DNA of 47,715 bases from Octopus bimaculoides (Eukaryota): assembly GCF_001194135.2 (NCBI RefSeq), contig NC_068988.1, positions 70,819,269 through 70,866,983 on the forward strand. The letters run 5' to 3'. Positions within the stretch are counted from its first letter, which is position 1. Every line of letters begins with the position of its first letter. The notes under the pieces are model-generated. The model was not told the DNA's origin. It searched no databases and saw only the letters and a program-made list of their open reading frames with translations. Positions 46,750-47,715 of this stretch are shown piece after piece. A program made the position numbers and the translations under genes.

Positions 46750-47430
46750 GCTATTCGAGTCCTGAGCTCTTCAGCCATTGTTGGGATTTTGCTTTTCTAT
46801 TTCTTTTCTGTTTAGCTTAACCCAATATTTGCCATGTAAGGGCTTTTCTTGCCAATGTTTTAACATGATACGTTGCTGTTCTAGTTTTAGTTTGAATTTC
46901 AATTGTTTTAGACTTTTTTGTTGTTTCTTCTTTGGCTTCATAGTTATTAAGTACTATGACTTCATTTTTGTATTTTTCAGCTTCCTTAAAGACAGAAAAC
47001 GGTTTTTTGTTTTGTTTGTGCTTTGTATTAGTATTATTTGCATCTGAAGTAGGCGGAGTCTGCCATCATCGATCTACTCAGAACTTGTCTTAAAGTCTTC
47101 ACTTTATATTGTAATCTCTTTTTCCACATTTACTCCTTTCGACCCTCTTCTCACACATTTTGTAAAGGTTCGTTCCACTTGTGTAGTATATATCTCTTTT
47201 CACTGAGTTAGTATTCTATGCCTGATCCTTGGCAGCGATGATTAGGCTCTCAGTCTTCTTTTTTAAGTCACCGTTGCTGAGCCACCGCCAAGATGCTTCC
47301 TGATGAAAACTCTCTGCTTATTTTGCTGGTTATGATGCAAAGTATCAGCTGTCCACAGCCAGCAGACTAAGGTGATACTTATTTACTAGTCATGCTTAAG
47401 AACCCTGCGAAGAATTCTTGCAATTCCAAA
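46750..47430 (-). mobile_element. Two juxtaposed R4/Dong-clade fragments
   Basis: Minus-strand SWRWLSNGDLKKKTESLIIAAKDQA (about 47160-47320), then WQEKPLHGKYW...QWLKSSGLE (about 46750-47040). Confidence 0.75.
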
Positions 47431-47460
47431 CAATGCTGATTTTTTGAGGTGCTCTACTTT

Positions 47461-47461
47461 C

Positions 47462-47522
<61 letters not shown>

Positions 47523-47535
47523 GTTGTTGTTGTTT

Positions 47536-47585
<50 letters not shown>
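47461..47585. repeat. (ATT)n-(GTT)n microsatellite
   Basis: Direct repeat run. Confidence 0.95.
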
Positions 47586-47715
47586 CAGTAGTCTTATTTT
47601 TATAATGTGCTTTCACTTCACTACCGAGCGCAGCTCTGTGTGCCTTGGGTATGTGCTGTGGTTTGCTGTGATGCTCTTATGGTTACTGTATTGAAAGTGT
47701 TTTGTGTAGGATATG
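47586..47715 (-). mobile_element. 3' end of Dong-like element running into (AAC)n(AAT)n tail
   Basis: Minus-strand HILHKTLSIQ* (47683-47715) resembles R4/Dong C-termini, followed by a short 3' UTR ending at the microsatellite. Confidence 0.65.

Overview
Repeat-dense, AT-rich eukaryotic draft-assembly sequence with seven N gaps. No host protein-coding gene can be supported, so it is probably intergenic or intronic. The SINE families and microsatellite load resemble an octopus or other cephalopod genome (inference from pattern recognition). The window is a mosaic of microsatellites and decayed mobile elements. These include a TG...CA solo LTR, at least five tRNA-derived SINE families, and Penelope-like pieces (a GIY-YIG endonuclease fragment and inverted repeats). 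It also holds Tx1/L1-like, RTE, CR1/L2-like and R4/Dong-like LINE fragments, two mariner remnants, a TA-flanked MITE and a Helentron-associated (HINE-like) element. The main leads are: (1) a tRNA-headed SINE whose tail folds as a minimal type I hammerhead ribozyme and may be a heterozygous insertion; (2) a fold-back made from the same tail; (3) a mariner carrying a 170-bp copy of sequence from 6.4 kb upstream; (4) R4/Dong-like elements associated with (CATA)n and (TAA)n microsatellites; (5) an incomplete HDV-like ribozyme fold at the 5' end of an RTE LINE. All alignments, folds and mismatch counts were done by eye, and element boundaries are approximate unless termini are quoted.
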